Source: Lama glama | Taxonomy: Eukaryota | Length of the DNA stretch: 64,000 bases | Direction of reading: 5' to 3' | Assembly: GCA_028534125.1 (NCBI GenBank) | Contig: CM052828.1 | Span: 61,380,001-61,444,000 of the forward strand | Shown: positions 23,301 to 35,300 of the stretch, piece after piece | Layout of the letters: each line of letters opens with the position of its first letter | Position numbering within the stretch: position 1 is the stretch's first letter | Notes under the pieces: model-generated | Seen by the model: the letters and a program-made list of their open reading frames with translations, nothing else | The model's database searches: none | Told to the model about the DNA's origin: nothing | Made by a program: the position numbers and the translations under genes

Positions 23301-26300
23301 GGAAGGGCAGAGTGGCCTTGGCTGAGCAGGACATGGCTCTGGTGACTTCTGCAGTGATGCTCAGCCCCACTTCTGAGGAGTGGCTGGAGAGTTTTGTCTC
23401 CCGCAGTCCTGCCAGGTGGGGTCTGGGGTTATGTCTGAGTCATTGGTGGGGACCACGGCCCTGCAGGCGAGGGCACGACAGCTGCAGCCTGGGGTTGCCT
23501 CCTTCACACCCCTCGCAGCGGGAGACCTGTGTCAGGCTTCCCTCCCCTGACCCTGCTGCGGGCTGGGGCTCCCTTTGCTCCTAGATGGCAGTCACACCCG
23601 CCCTGGTTACTACCCCATCACCTATCACCCTGGTCTGTTGCTGGACTGTGCCTGCTCCTGCTCCTGGCCGGCCTGTGTTGAGCAGATGTGGGACCCTGTG
23701 AACGTCATGCTGTGGGTGCCCAGATCCTGGGGTCATCTGGCCCTCATGCTATCTGCGGTCAGGGGTCTCTGGTTTGAGGAGCAACTGTTGTCAGGGAGGT
23801 GCCAGCAGCCTTGCCCCACTGCCTGGTGCGGCCCCTGACGTCCATGCTGAGTGTCCAAGTGAGAACAGGGCCTTCCACTGGGCGGGGGGAGATTCGAATG
23901 ACCCCAGGCCTGAGGTGCCCCACCTTGGGCGTCCACGCAGGCCCAGGGAGCACCAAGTCCCCCCTCCAGGACACACTCACAGTGGCCTTGACCCACAGCC
24001 CCAGTCTGTCTCCTCACCCACCTCAGGCTTCGCCTGGGAGACCCCGCTGCCCATGCCTGGTTGCACCCCCAGGACAAGAGCCAGCCCCTGGCTCACCTTG
24101 TCTGCCCCAACTCGGGGCTGACCACCCACCATCTGGACAGCTCACTTGACGGCGTCCAGCCCCAGTGACTGCCTGGCAGGAGGCAGAAGCCCTAACCCCA
24201 CACTAGGGCGTTGAGGGTCTGGCTGTGCCATTCTCCCTCATGTCTGAAGTTGGGAGACCACGGGTCCCTTGCACTTGGGGAAGCCAGGCGGCCTGGGCAG
24301 CTTCCACCTTCCTGGGAAGCCTCGAGGTGCTGACCCATCACCGGACGCTCCTGACCAGGCAAGGCCTCTGTCTCCCGGTTCCTCCTCCACGCAGCTCAGG
24401 CCTGTCCTGAGCTGGGAGTGGTCTGATGGACCCCTCTCTCCATTTCTCTGGCACTTTGTCTGGAGCCCCCGTGAGACAGGCTGGGTCTCGTGAGGGCCCA
24501 CAGTTTCCACCAGCCTTAGCCCGTGTTCCCAGCCCTCTCTCTTCACTCTTTCTGGAGCATTTCTGCTTCTCCCCCACTGCTGACCCTGTCCTGGTCACCT
24601 CCTCTCTCCAGGAACTACCTCATCTCTAAACAAGTATTTTCTGAGCTCTCGCCACATCTCGGACACACGTCCAGGGACGGGCATGGAGCCGTGAGCACAG
24701 ACGCTCGGGGGGGGGGGGGGGCTCCAGCGCAGGAAGGCCAGACGCCTTCGTTCCCACTTTATGGACAAAGGAAGCAAAGCTTCCCACTAAGCTGGCTGCC
24801 CGTCCTCCTCCTCCAGCTGGACACACAGTGGGGTGCAGGGCCAACAGACCTCCTCACTGGGATGGGTGATGGACACCCCACCTCCCTCAAAGCGGCAGTG
24901 AAGACCCTTCAAGACCCCTCAGGGATGAGGAGAGCAGGTGCTTCCAAGGTTACAAGCCACCCTGACCCAAAAGAACAGGCTGGACACAGAAGGCAGGTGT
25001 CTCTAAATGGCAGGGGCTGGGATTCGCCATCTGGGACCCGAGCTTCCTGGAGCTGAGGGGGTCCAAGGATGAGCGGGTCCCCACAAGCTGAGTGAGACCA
25101 GATCCCCGAGTCCGCAGTGGCCACGAATGGGGTTCTGCAAGGTCAACTCGGGGCTTGGTGGGGTGGGGAGACAGCAGGGACAGCGGGGCAGGTAGCTGTG
25201 ATGTCGCTGGGGAGGTTCCTCACTGCAGCGCCCATCCTCCTGCTCTGGGCGCTGCACCTGTGGTCACCCGCTCAGGACTGCTCTTCCCAGACAGACGGTT
25301 CACTTCCACCCTCCGCCGTCAGAGGTGGGGCCACCCTCAGGACAGGGTCCTGGCCCACACCCCCTGTGCTCACCCTCCTGCTCTCCGCCCGCCTGTCCCT
25401 CCGTCTCCCCACCACTGACACAGCTGCATTGCTCTGTGTGAGGCTCACGTCAAGTCTTTTTTCAACATGGGATAAACTACAAGAAAACAGGCAGCTCTCG
25501 CCTCACGGCCACTGGACCCGAGGGCACAGCAACTATTTCAAGAAGAAAAGGGAAAATGAAGGAGATCACTGAGCTCATGTCCACCACTCCAGACGAGAGC
25601 CCTCACCACGTCCCACGCGTGCCCTGCATGTGTCCACACCGTGCCCTCCTGCAGGTGCTACGGGGACAGCCCTGCAGCCTGAGCTGACCGGGCCGTCTTC
25701 AGCCATCAGACGATGAACGTGAGCAGACTATGCTGTGGGCAGCTGGGGCAGGACCCCCTTGGACAACAGACAACGGGGGACCTTGCTCCCCCTCCCCCAG
25801 GCCTGCTGGTGGCCAGAGACCGTGGAAACCTAAAGCTGAACTTGGAGGCTTTGCCAGCATTTCCTAAGCCCAAGAAAAGGGTGTCACCAAATCTGTTGAA
25901 GCCCTCGCTGGCCGGTAGCAGGTGCCCTCGAAGACAGGACAGCCGCCCAGCTGTCCTGTCTCCGGCGGGCCCCCCACACCAGAGGGTCACGTCCCTTCCC
26001 GCAGGGCGGGCAGGCCCCTTCCCTCTGCAGGAGCCACCGAACTCTGCAGCACCCGTGGGGTGCTTGCGGGAGGGGCGGCGCACAACTCCTGACCGCTGCC
26101 CACTGATCCTGCAAGACTGGCCAGTGTGTTTGGTAAAGACACATGCGGGGCCCGCGGGGCAGGCAGTGGGAGCAGATTGTCCACGGGGAGCGCACCAAAG
26201 CCCTCGCTGTGGTCAGAGGGCCCGCGGGGAGTCCTGCGTGTGTCCAGCCTTCCTGAGGCCAGCTTCCTCCAGACCACCCGAGGGTCTGAGGCCCTAGAGG

Positions 26301-29300
26301 TCAAGAGTCCACCACAAACTCAGACACATGCACAGAGCTGCACACACACACGCGCACACTCACTAAGCATGTGGGAGTAGGAGGGGCCTTGGACTCGGGG
26401 TTGGGGTCAGAGGTCAGGCATGGGCACCCCACCTTGCCATTTCCGTGTGTGACGCCAGGGCTGCGACCCCAGCCTCTTAGCCTGGAGTTGCACTGAGTGA
26501 CTCTGTCGCCTCTGGGATGGGCATTCGTGTTATGAAGATGTTAAGAACACCGCCGAGGGAGTCCTCAAGGCTGGAAATCCTGACTCACTTGTTGAAAAAC
26601 CCAACCCACCCCACTCCCTGGAGGTTGGATGTACTCCCCGCAGACGGGCCACGGGGGCCATCCCGTCTCTTACCGCGTGGCCAGCTTGTGGCAGACGATG
26701 CCTGAGTCAGTGATGACCTCACTCAGCCTCAGCTCCAGGTGGACCTTGCCCTGAAAGACACAAGGACACGGGGTCACGGGGCAGCCTTGTGCAGCAGGGA
26801 GCTTGGGTCTGCAGTCACAGACGCGTGGGGTCTGCCGCATGTCCACCCGCCCAATTTGGATCCCCGAGAGTTAAAGGCTCCAGCTCCGCTGACAGCTGGT
26901 CAAACAGCACAAAGAGCCGGAGCTCAGGGAGCAGCAGGCGCTCAGGGAGCAGCAGCTCAGTGTGTGGCTGTCGCTTTGGGCCGTGTTCACTCTGCTGCCC
27001 CCGCAGCCTCGGGGGGGGCGGCGCAGCTCTGCCCCATGACCCGATGCTTCTGTGCCCACCTGAGGTCGGACCAGAGGCCAGGAACCCGAGTCCTGCTCTT
27101 CAGGAGGGAAGTCAAGGATCCTGGGTGCTTCCGGGAAGAGGGCAGATCGGCGAGTCACAGGGCAGGATGGGCTGTTTCTGCCCACAGCGAGTGGGGCCAC
27201 AAAGACAGAAGCAGACAGGCCAGCTCCCAAAAGTCCAGCCAGAGGAGGCAGGACACAAGTGTTTCCGGGTAAGAATCAGACATGGAACTCAACAGGATCT
27301 ATCGTCCTGAAGCCCCTTCTGACTAAACTCTGGGCTCGGCAGCCTGGGGAGCCAGCGATGGCCATCTCGTCTCAGGAGGACCAGGGACATGGTGGGATGC
27401 TGGCTGCCGGGGGCACAGGGGTGGGGGGCAGGATGCCTCCTGTCACTGCTCTACAATTCCCCTCGGCAGAAGCAGAGATACCCCTCCCTGGCCCTGAGCA
27501 GCCTCTCCCCTCCTCTCCGAGCGACTGGCCACCTGGCGCTCTGTCCACTCCTGCCCGGCCCAGGGCGTCTGCCTGGAGAACGTGCTGGCCTCTCCAGAAG
27601 AAACCCCAGTTCCGGGCTTGGCCTGGCCAGCAGCATAGAGTCTAGACCGGCTGCTGTCCCAGGACAAGGGGCTCCTCTGCCCCAGAAAAGGCAGCTCCCA
27701 CGGCCAGGTCTAAACGGTACCAGAGTCGTCCTGCCGCTGTTTCTGGGCTTGGGGTGAGCCCCCAGGAAAGTGTTCTGAGAAAATGCCAGCAGCACTGATT
27801 ATGAGGAGGGGCCCGCCAGTGGGGTGGAGGGGTGCAGGGAGCACCCTAGCTAGAGCCACGCCTCCAGACCAGAGGCTCCGGGATCCACTGGCTCAGAAAA
27901 CAAAAAAGGAAAGAGGATCCGGTGGTGACATGAGTCAGGGTGACACCTCTGTCGCCCCAGCCCCATCTCGGCCCCTCAGGCCCCTACTGGGGGCTGACAC
28001 AAGCCCCCACGAAAGCCGTTCTCGGGAATAAACCAGCCCGTCCCTCCAATGGCCTCTGGGATCGTGAGCTTGGAAGCAAGCAGATGCCCCCAGGCCAGAG
28101 CTCGGCCACAGGAGCCTGGGGGACAGGCTGACCTCGCAGACAGACACCATGCCCACGACACTGACGTGGGCCGAGATGTGGGTGGCTAGCCCAGGCTCCC
28201 TGATAACACGGATGCCAGAACTGGCCTCCTCCGGGGGAGACTGGGCGCTCAGGACAGCAGACTCCCGGGCACCCGGCTGCGGGCACGGCAGCATGCTATC
28301 CTTCCTGGCTGTCCCCTCACCCATGGCAGAGTGGCTGCAGGGAGGGCGGGAGTGATGGGCAGGTGAAACGGCCAGTGATGTGTCCCGCAATCTCGGACCA
28401 GCCACCGGCATCATAGCGCGTGGCCCCAAGTGACAGCAGTGTCCTCTCTGCATCTGTGAAGGGCTGATCTGGGTGGTGCCGCCCACCACGGGCATGTGCT
28501 TGGCTGGGGCAGTGGCCTCCCAGCGAACTGACCAGCTCTTCCCACACTCCTGTCAGGTGTGCGGACGCAGGGTCCACGACGCAGCACCGCCCTCCTGGCA
28601 GACCTCACCTGGCCCTGACCCCAGCCCAGAGCAAATCCTCAGGCTGGTAACTGGGAGTGGGAGGCAGGGGTGGAGAAGACAAGTCCCCAGAGAAAGAGCC
28701 GTGGCACTCTGCCCAATACCCGCGTGGGCGGGCCGGGACTTCCGAGTCACCCCGAGGCTCGGCACAGCCCCCCAGGGGCACTGCGGTCCCTACAGAGAAA
28801 GGAGACACGGATGCTGACAGCTCGGACATGGAACTCAGCAGGAATCTCCATGAGAGGACAGAGTCCTGGTCAGGCTGGCGTCCCTCACCCACCCCAAGGT
28901 GCGCCGGGCGCCCTCAGACGGACACGTCCCCAAATGACGCTTGACTCGCTTCCAAGAAGCGAAGCTTGTGTCTGCTGAGGTGCGCCCTGACCGCTGGTGC
29001 CTGGTGCTGGGCTGAGGGGCCGCTGGCCACCCTGCTTCCTATTTTCCCAGAGGAGTTCGGGCAGCTCCATGCCAGCAGGTCCTGTGACCCCGCGTGTTTC
29101 CTCTCTTAGGGCAGCCCTCCCTCCGCAGGGGCAGACCCGTCAGCTGTTTTGTTTCGCTGCAGTGCGGGTGATTTGCGGAGGAAGGCACGAGGGAAACAGA
29201 ACACAGACCGTACACCACGGAGCGGACCCCCCAGAATCACCCCGGGTCTGCAGCTCAGACGCCTACCTCAGTCCTCACCCAGCCCACCTTCCGCACAGAC

Positions 29301-32300
29301 AACCTGGGGCAACGCCCAGGGGACCGGGGCACACCCTCGGAGGGGCAGGCAGGAAGAGCAGTTTCCAGGCTCGGTCTCTGAACCGAGCGTTCTCGGGACG
29401 AGCAGGGGTGTCTGCGCTGCAGCTGCTCAGCTACAGACACAGCTGCCCCCACGGGCAGACGAGGGGGGCACAAACTAGGAGGACGTGCTGCACACACGGG
29501 GCAGAGCTTGCATTCTGCAGTAACTGTAACCTTTAGAAATGCATACAGTAATCATTATAAATAAAAAATGTAAAAAGTAACTGCTTCCCAACTTGTTTTG
29601 ACCCCAACAGGAGCACTTTCCAGGGAGGCAGCCACAGGTCCCATGCTCAGCTGAGGGCGACCAGAGCCCAGGTGGCCGGTCTGGCCCTTGGGGGTCCAGA
29701 CCAGGCAAGAGGCACTGAGGCGCGGAGGAGAATCCTCGCGTCTATGTGGGTCTGTGAGAAGAAAAACTCAGGACAGAGCATTAAAAATTTAGACGTCACC
29801 ACCTTCCCGGGTCTTGTTTGAGGAGAACAATGATAAGAAGCCTTAAAGAGCAACCAGGACTGAACAGTGTCACCAACCCACGCAGGATGCCCACCTGTTC
29901 AGAGCCCCCGGGCCTGGACACACGTCTAGAAACATGAAAATCGTCTCACGGCCACCCTCAGACCCCTGTGGAAAGTAAACTAGAAATCAGTGACAGAAAG
30001 AAAGCTCGAAAATCCCAAAATATGAGGAGATCAAACATCATACTTTCAAATAACAAAAGGCCAAAGACGTCTCAAGAGAAACTGAAAAATACTCGGAACT
30101 CACTTCTTTTCACAAGTCAAAATGAAAATAAAGCAGCAAACTTTGTGAGATGCAGCAAAAGCAATGCTCAGAGGGAAACTCACGGCAGTCACTGCACATC
30201 CTGGAGAAGAAGACAGACCTGAAAATCAGTAACCTAAGCCTCCACCTTAGGAAACCAGAAAAACAGAGCAAGTCACACCCAAAGTGGGAAGAAGAAAAGA
30301 CGCAATAACTGGAGCAGAAATCGGCGAAACTGAAAACAGGAAATCAACAGAGAAAATAAACAAACCAAAGTCGGGTTTTGAAAAGATAAATAAAACTGAT
30401 AAACTTTCAGCCAAGCAAACGAAGGGAAAAGAAGGCGCGAATGACTAAAACCAGAATCACTCCTGACCCCGTGGAACTCCCTGTGGTTCTGCCGGTGGAT
30501 CCGGACGGTACCACCTGTCCCCCAGCAGAACCCGCAGCAGGAGGCCTGGGCTTCAGCGAACGCTGGTGCGTCAGTGTCACAAGTGCACCGCCAGACGCCC
30601 ACACTGGGCGGCAGGGGCGGGGAGACATGGAGCTCCTTGCACTTTCCGCCCAAAAACTGCTAGAAAAATAAAGTTTATTAATTAAGAGAGAAAAGGCACC
30701 AGTGGTTCCAGTCCTTTTTCCTCAGGAAGGCATCGACCCCTGGCCTGGGGAGGGGACGCTGTGGCTGTGGGCAGACGTGGGCACAGCAGCAGGTGCGTCC
30801 TGCCGGCTGATCCTTGTCTATGGGGCCTGAGAGGCCAGACTGGAGCCCTGCACCCTCCGCCAGGGCCAAGACTGTTGAAGGGGGCAGAGGCGGAGAGGGC
30901 AGACCCCACAGAAGCAGGACCTCCGTCCAGGGGAAAGGGGCTGCACCCTCCTCCCACAGAGAGACCCCCGGGTCCTTGTAAGGGACGACTGCAGACCCTG
31001 GTTGTCGGGGAGTCCTTAAAAAAGGACGTGTGATGCAGAGTGTCACTGTGAGGATTGAGAGCCAGCCGGCAGGACCGTGGCTTTGCTGGGGCAGCTCCTC
31101 CGTGTCTCCCTTGGGGGCCAGATCTGACAGAAGTGGTGCTAGGCAGAGACAGCGGCGGCCGGGGGTCCTTGGAGGAGTTGGGAGGGGCCCTTGTGGACAG
31201 GAGGGTGGCGCCAGAGCTCTAGCTGCTGTGCCCACAGCCCAGCAGGGACCGCAGGAGGGGCTGTCCCGTCCCTGCGACAGCCTCGCCCTGAGGCTGCCCA
31301 GCCCAAGTCAGGGAAGGAGCAGAGGGGCTGGTGTTGTGAACCGAGCAGGTTACTGGAGACCCATAAAATGTCGGCTCCAGGGCAAGTCAGAATCTTTAAA
31401 AAAATTTTTTTTGCAGTGTAGCTGATTTACAATGTTTAAGGCGTGCAGCAAAGTGATTAAGTTATATGTATATATACAGACAGACAGATGTACACACATA
31501 TACTCTTCCTCAGATCCTTTTCTGTTATGGGTTATTACAAGCTATTGAATGCAGTCCCCTGTGCTGTACTGCAGGACCTTGCTGTTCATCTGCTTTGATA
31601 TGGCAGTGTGAATCTGTTAATCCTGAACCCCTGACTTAACCCCTGCCCCCTCTTCCCCTCCCTGGTAACCACATGTCCTTGAGTCTCTTTCCGTTTTGTA
31701 AGTAAATTCCTATGGGCCATTTTTTTAGATTCCACATATAAGTGACATCATATGGTATTTTTCTTTTCTTTTCTGGCTTACTTCACTTAGAATGACAATC
31801 TCTAGGCCCAACTATGTTGCTGCACATGGCATTATTTCATCTTTTTATGGCTGAGTAGTATTCCACTGCACAAATATACCACAGCTTCTTTAAGTCACCT
31901 TCCCCCCCATTTTGTCTGTGACTCACTGGTCTCCCATTGACCCTAGTTGTATGACGCTTCCTTTCTGACACCTTTAACTGTGAGTCACTGAGCAGATGGC
32001 TCGAGATACTGTGCTGTCCTTGGTCCTTCTGAAATGGTGATGGGGATATTTTGGGATGAAGTGTGGCTGCAGGAAGGTGCATCACTGCACCTTGAAAGGC
32101 CGCTGCCTGGGCAGCCTGACAACCAAGTCCCTGCGGGAAGCACTCACTCAGCGCCTGGAATGTGGTGTCACCATCTGTGATCCGCAGGGTGCCAGCACTG
32201 CACCACAGTCAGAGGAGCCACTCGCCAGGACTGGGTCAATCACCCTCTGGCTGCATAACTCACATGGGCAGCAGTGACCCAGCGGGTCTGGACTGTGGAG

Positions 32301-35300
32301 GTCATTACACAGTCATGCATGTGGGACACCGCAGAGGATTCACATGTGTGCTTGCAGCTGCACACGTGGGACTGATGAGATGACCGAGGTCGCCAGTTAC
32401 TCGAATGTCACCTCGGGGCACCCAGCGAAGGGACACACCTTTCTTTTATTTTCAGTCTTCACATGTGAACAGGCGAGCCACAGCCTTTTACATGTAAAGA
32501 CTAATCACTGTTGCCCATGTGGTATTTTCTGAGCCTTTCTATGAATCTGTAATCATTTCAAAATTAAGTTTAAAAAAAAATCAAGAAAAAGGAAAAGCTA
32601 TGCTCAGCAGTAAAAGTGACCTTGAATCTGGGGACTAAATGCAGGGAGAGCACGTGGGGTGCTGCTCTCCCCACGGCCCCGCGAGCCTCCGGTGTGGGAG
32701 CACCCGCACCGAGAGCAAGTCCAGTCCCAACAGGTGCTTCTGCTCCGGGAGCCGCCTTCTGAAGGCGCCGTTTCTGGGCACCTGAGCGGAGTGGGTGCCA
32801 CTGACCTTCTGTGTCAGGGTCCCCCACGCTGTCAGGTGGGCACCGTCATCGGTTCTGCAGGGATTCTGGCGTCCCCCAGTTTCTGCAGCGGGTGTGGGCC
32901 CCCAGTCGGAACCGATCAGGTGTGAGGCACCCTCACGACAGCTGATTGGCTCAGCTCCTCAGTAAGTCCTTCTGGGTGCAAGTTTGGGGATGACCCCCGT
33001 GACCGCCAGGGGCCTGTGCACCCCAGGCATTTTGTCCGTGACACAGCCTGCTTTACAGAAGACCAGCACCTGGAGCCTCCCTGAGCTCAGTGCCGGCCCA
33101 GTCCCAAGATTCCGGGCTCTGGTCCTGGACTCCAGGCTCTGGCCTGGGCTCCGGGCAGCTCTGGCTGGAAACCACACAAGCCAGGTGGCAAGAGCAGAGA
33201 AGGTGCAGGCGAACCCCTGCTGGGCATCTCCTGCACGCTGAGCGTGGAGGGGGGATCCAACCCAGGAAGGGCCCTGCGGGGGAGAAACTCCCAGCTCTGG
33301 GGAGTGCCCCCCCGGTCAAGGGAAGCTGGTGAGCCCAGGGACGCCCAGACCACGGGGGCTTCGTTACTCCCTCATTTCTTCCAGCTCCAAACCTGCTCTG
33401 CTGAGAGTGAGTGGCTCAATAACCCACGGGTGCCCCCCTCCAGCCAACCAGGCTCAGCTTTGTTGTGTATTCCCCACGTTTTCTGTTCACTTTCAGTTAT
33501 GTGTTAGGCCTTCCGTATTTTACGTTTTTAAGCTGCATGACTAAGTCTGACGATAATCAGCAGGGCAGACAAAATTAACACGGCAACGCTCACTGTGTGG
33601 AGGGCATAGCTTGCCAGCCGTCATCTCGGTGGCGGCCAGAACCCATGCCCCTTTCTTCACCCACAACCAGAGTCTCTTCCACCCCGAGGCTCCCGTGCCG
33701 CACGGCTCGGCGAGGGCCTCACCTGCACCTCGGAGTCCGCGTCCACGTGCTGCAGCTGGAACCAGGTGTCCCTGTTGTGGTACTTCGGCAGGTCCTCCTT
33801 CCGAATGGCCACCTTTCCTAGAACGTCAGCAGGGAAACGTGGTCACGAGAGGGAACAAGCCCCCCCCCAATAAGGGTGTGAGCAAAAGCGCTCCAGGATC
33901 ACGGCCAACTGTCTCACACGGTAAAGTCCAGAACACGTAATCGGGCAGAGTGACAAGGCCACATCCTCCTCCGTAAGATCAGCACATGCCTGTTTCATCC
34001 TGAAGGTGCCACGTCTGCCCCAGCAGAGCACGGCGCCTGGCTCGGCGACACCCGGGCAGCAGAGCCGAGCGGGGCGGCGGCAGCTGGAGGCTCTGCTGGG
34101 GACTCCGTGGAAATGTGCGTGCTTGTGCGAGCTACAGCGCAGCACTCACTGTCCACTCGGCGTCTCGGCATCTTTGCCTTGGCTCTTCTGCTCACCTCCC
34201 ACACCAGCACGCAGCCAGGGGAAGGCCAGGGCCTGTTAGCTGAAGGCCAGCCCTCCCGTCCACTTGCAGAGGGGACGCAGCACACCTGGCACTTCAAGTC
34301 AACACCAGCACTCAGCTCTAGCCACACAGGGCCGCCCAGGGCAGAATCCTGCCCAGCCACGGACCTCACAGGGGTTGAGGCCACGGCACAAGGAGTCAGC
34401 GGGCGGGAGCGATGGAAGGGGGAGGCAGCGGGCAGAAAATACAGCAGGCACGGGCTGTGGAGAGGGCGCACCACGGAAATTCAGAGACGTCTGCGACAGG
34501 TCTACGGGGCCCCGCCAATCAGCGCTCAGTTTTGAGGACAGGACGGCTCCCTGGGACCCACCGCAGGCTCCCCCACCACCTCCAACCCGCCTCCTCCTCG
34601 CCTCGGGGGTGTCCTGCCAGGCCCTGATGTGGGCCCCGCCACCTCAGACCACCCCCAGTGCACCCTGTCACGAGGTCGAGCCCCCCCGAGAAGACGTGTC
34701 CCTCTCCACTTGGCTCCTGCAAACCCCACCCTTTTTCCCAATGGGATATGATTTTGAATCTTGCAGAAACAAAGCCACAAGAATCAGAAGTTTCCTGGAA
34801 CTGAACTGGGTAATATGTTTCAGTGAAAAAGGATAAGGAAACCCTCAGACTCCATGGACTTCCGCTAGACGGGAGGATTCCACTTGAAGTCTGAAATTTT
34901 AAGTAACTGCGATGATTTTATGAGCTTTAACGGGACAGGAAGCAGCCGTGTAGTTAATACTCAAACGACTCCAACAACCTGTACATCGTTCCCACCCCTT
35001 ATTTCTGGAAGTACTTAATTTAACTTAGGTAGGTAGCACAGGAACACAGCACAAAGTCTGAGACATTCAAAAGGATGTAAGACGCAGCCAGGAATAAGTC
35101 TCTCTCTGCCACACGGTTCCCCGGGGGGTCACCTGTCAGCAGCTTCCAGTCCCTCCTTGTAGGGACTCGTCACGTCCAAGAGTGCACGAGGGTGTATCAG
35201 TGTCTCTGCCGCGTTCTGGGCAGTGCCTGATCTGCGTCCGCTTGAGTGTCTCTGATGTGTCGTAACCTTCAGACTTGTCCTGATGGACTGAGTGACACCA

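Noticed and set aside
24707-24721. Poly-G run (also about 45437-45456 and 45506-45517)
   Set aside because: Simple homopolymers, error-prone in sequencing, with no supporting context.
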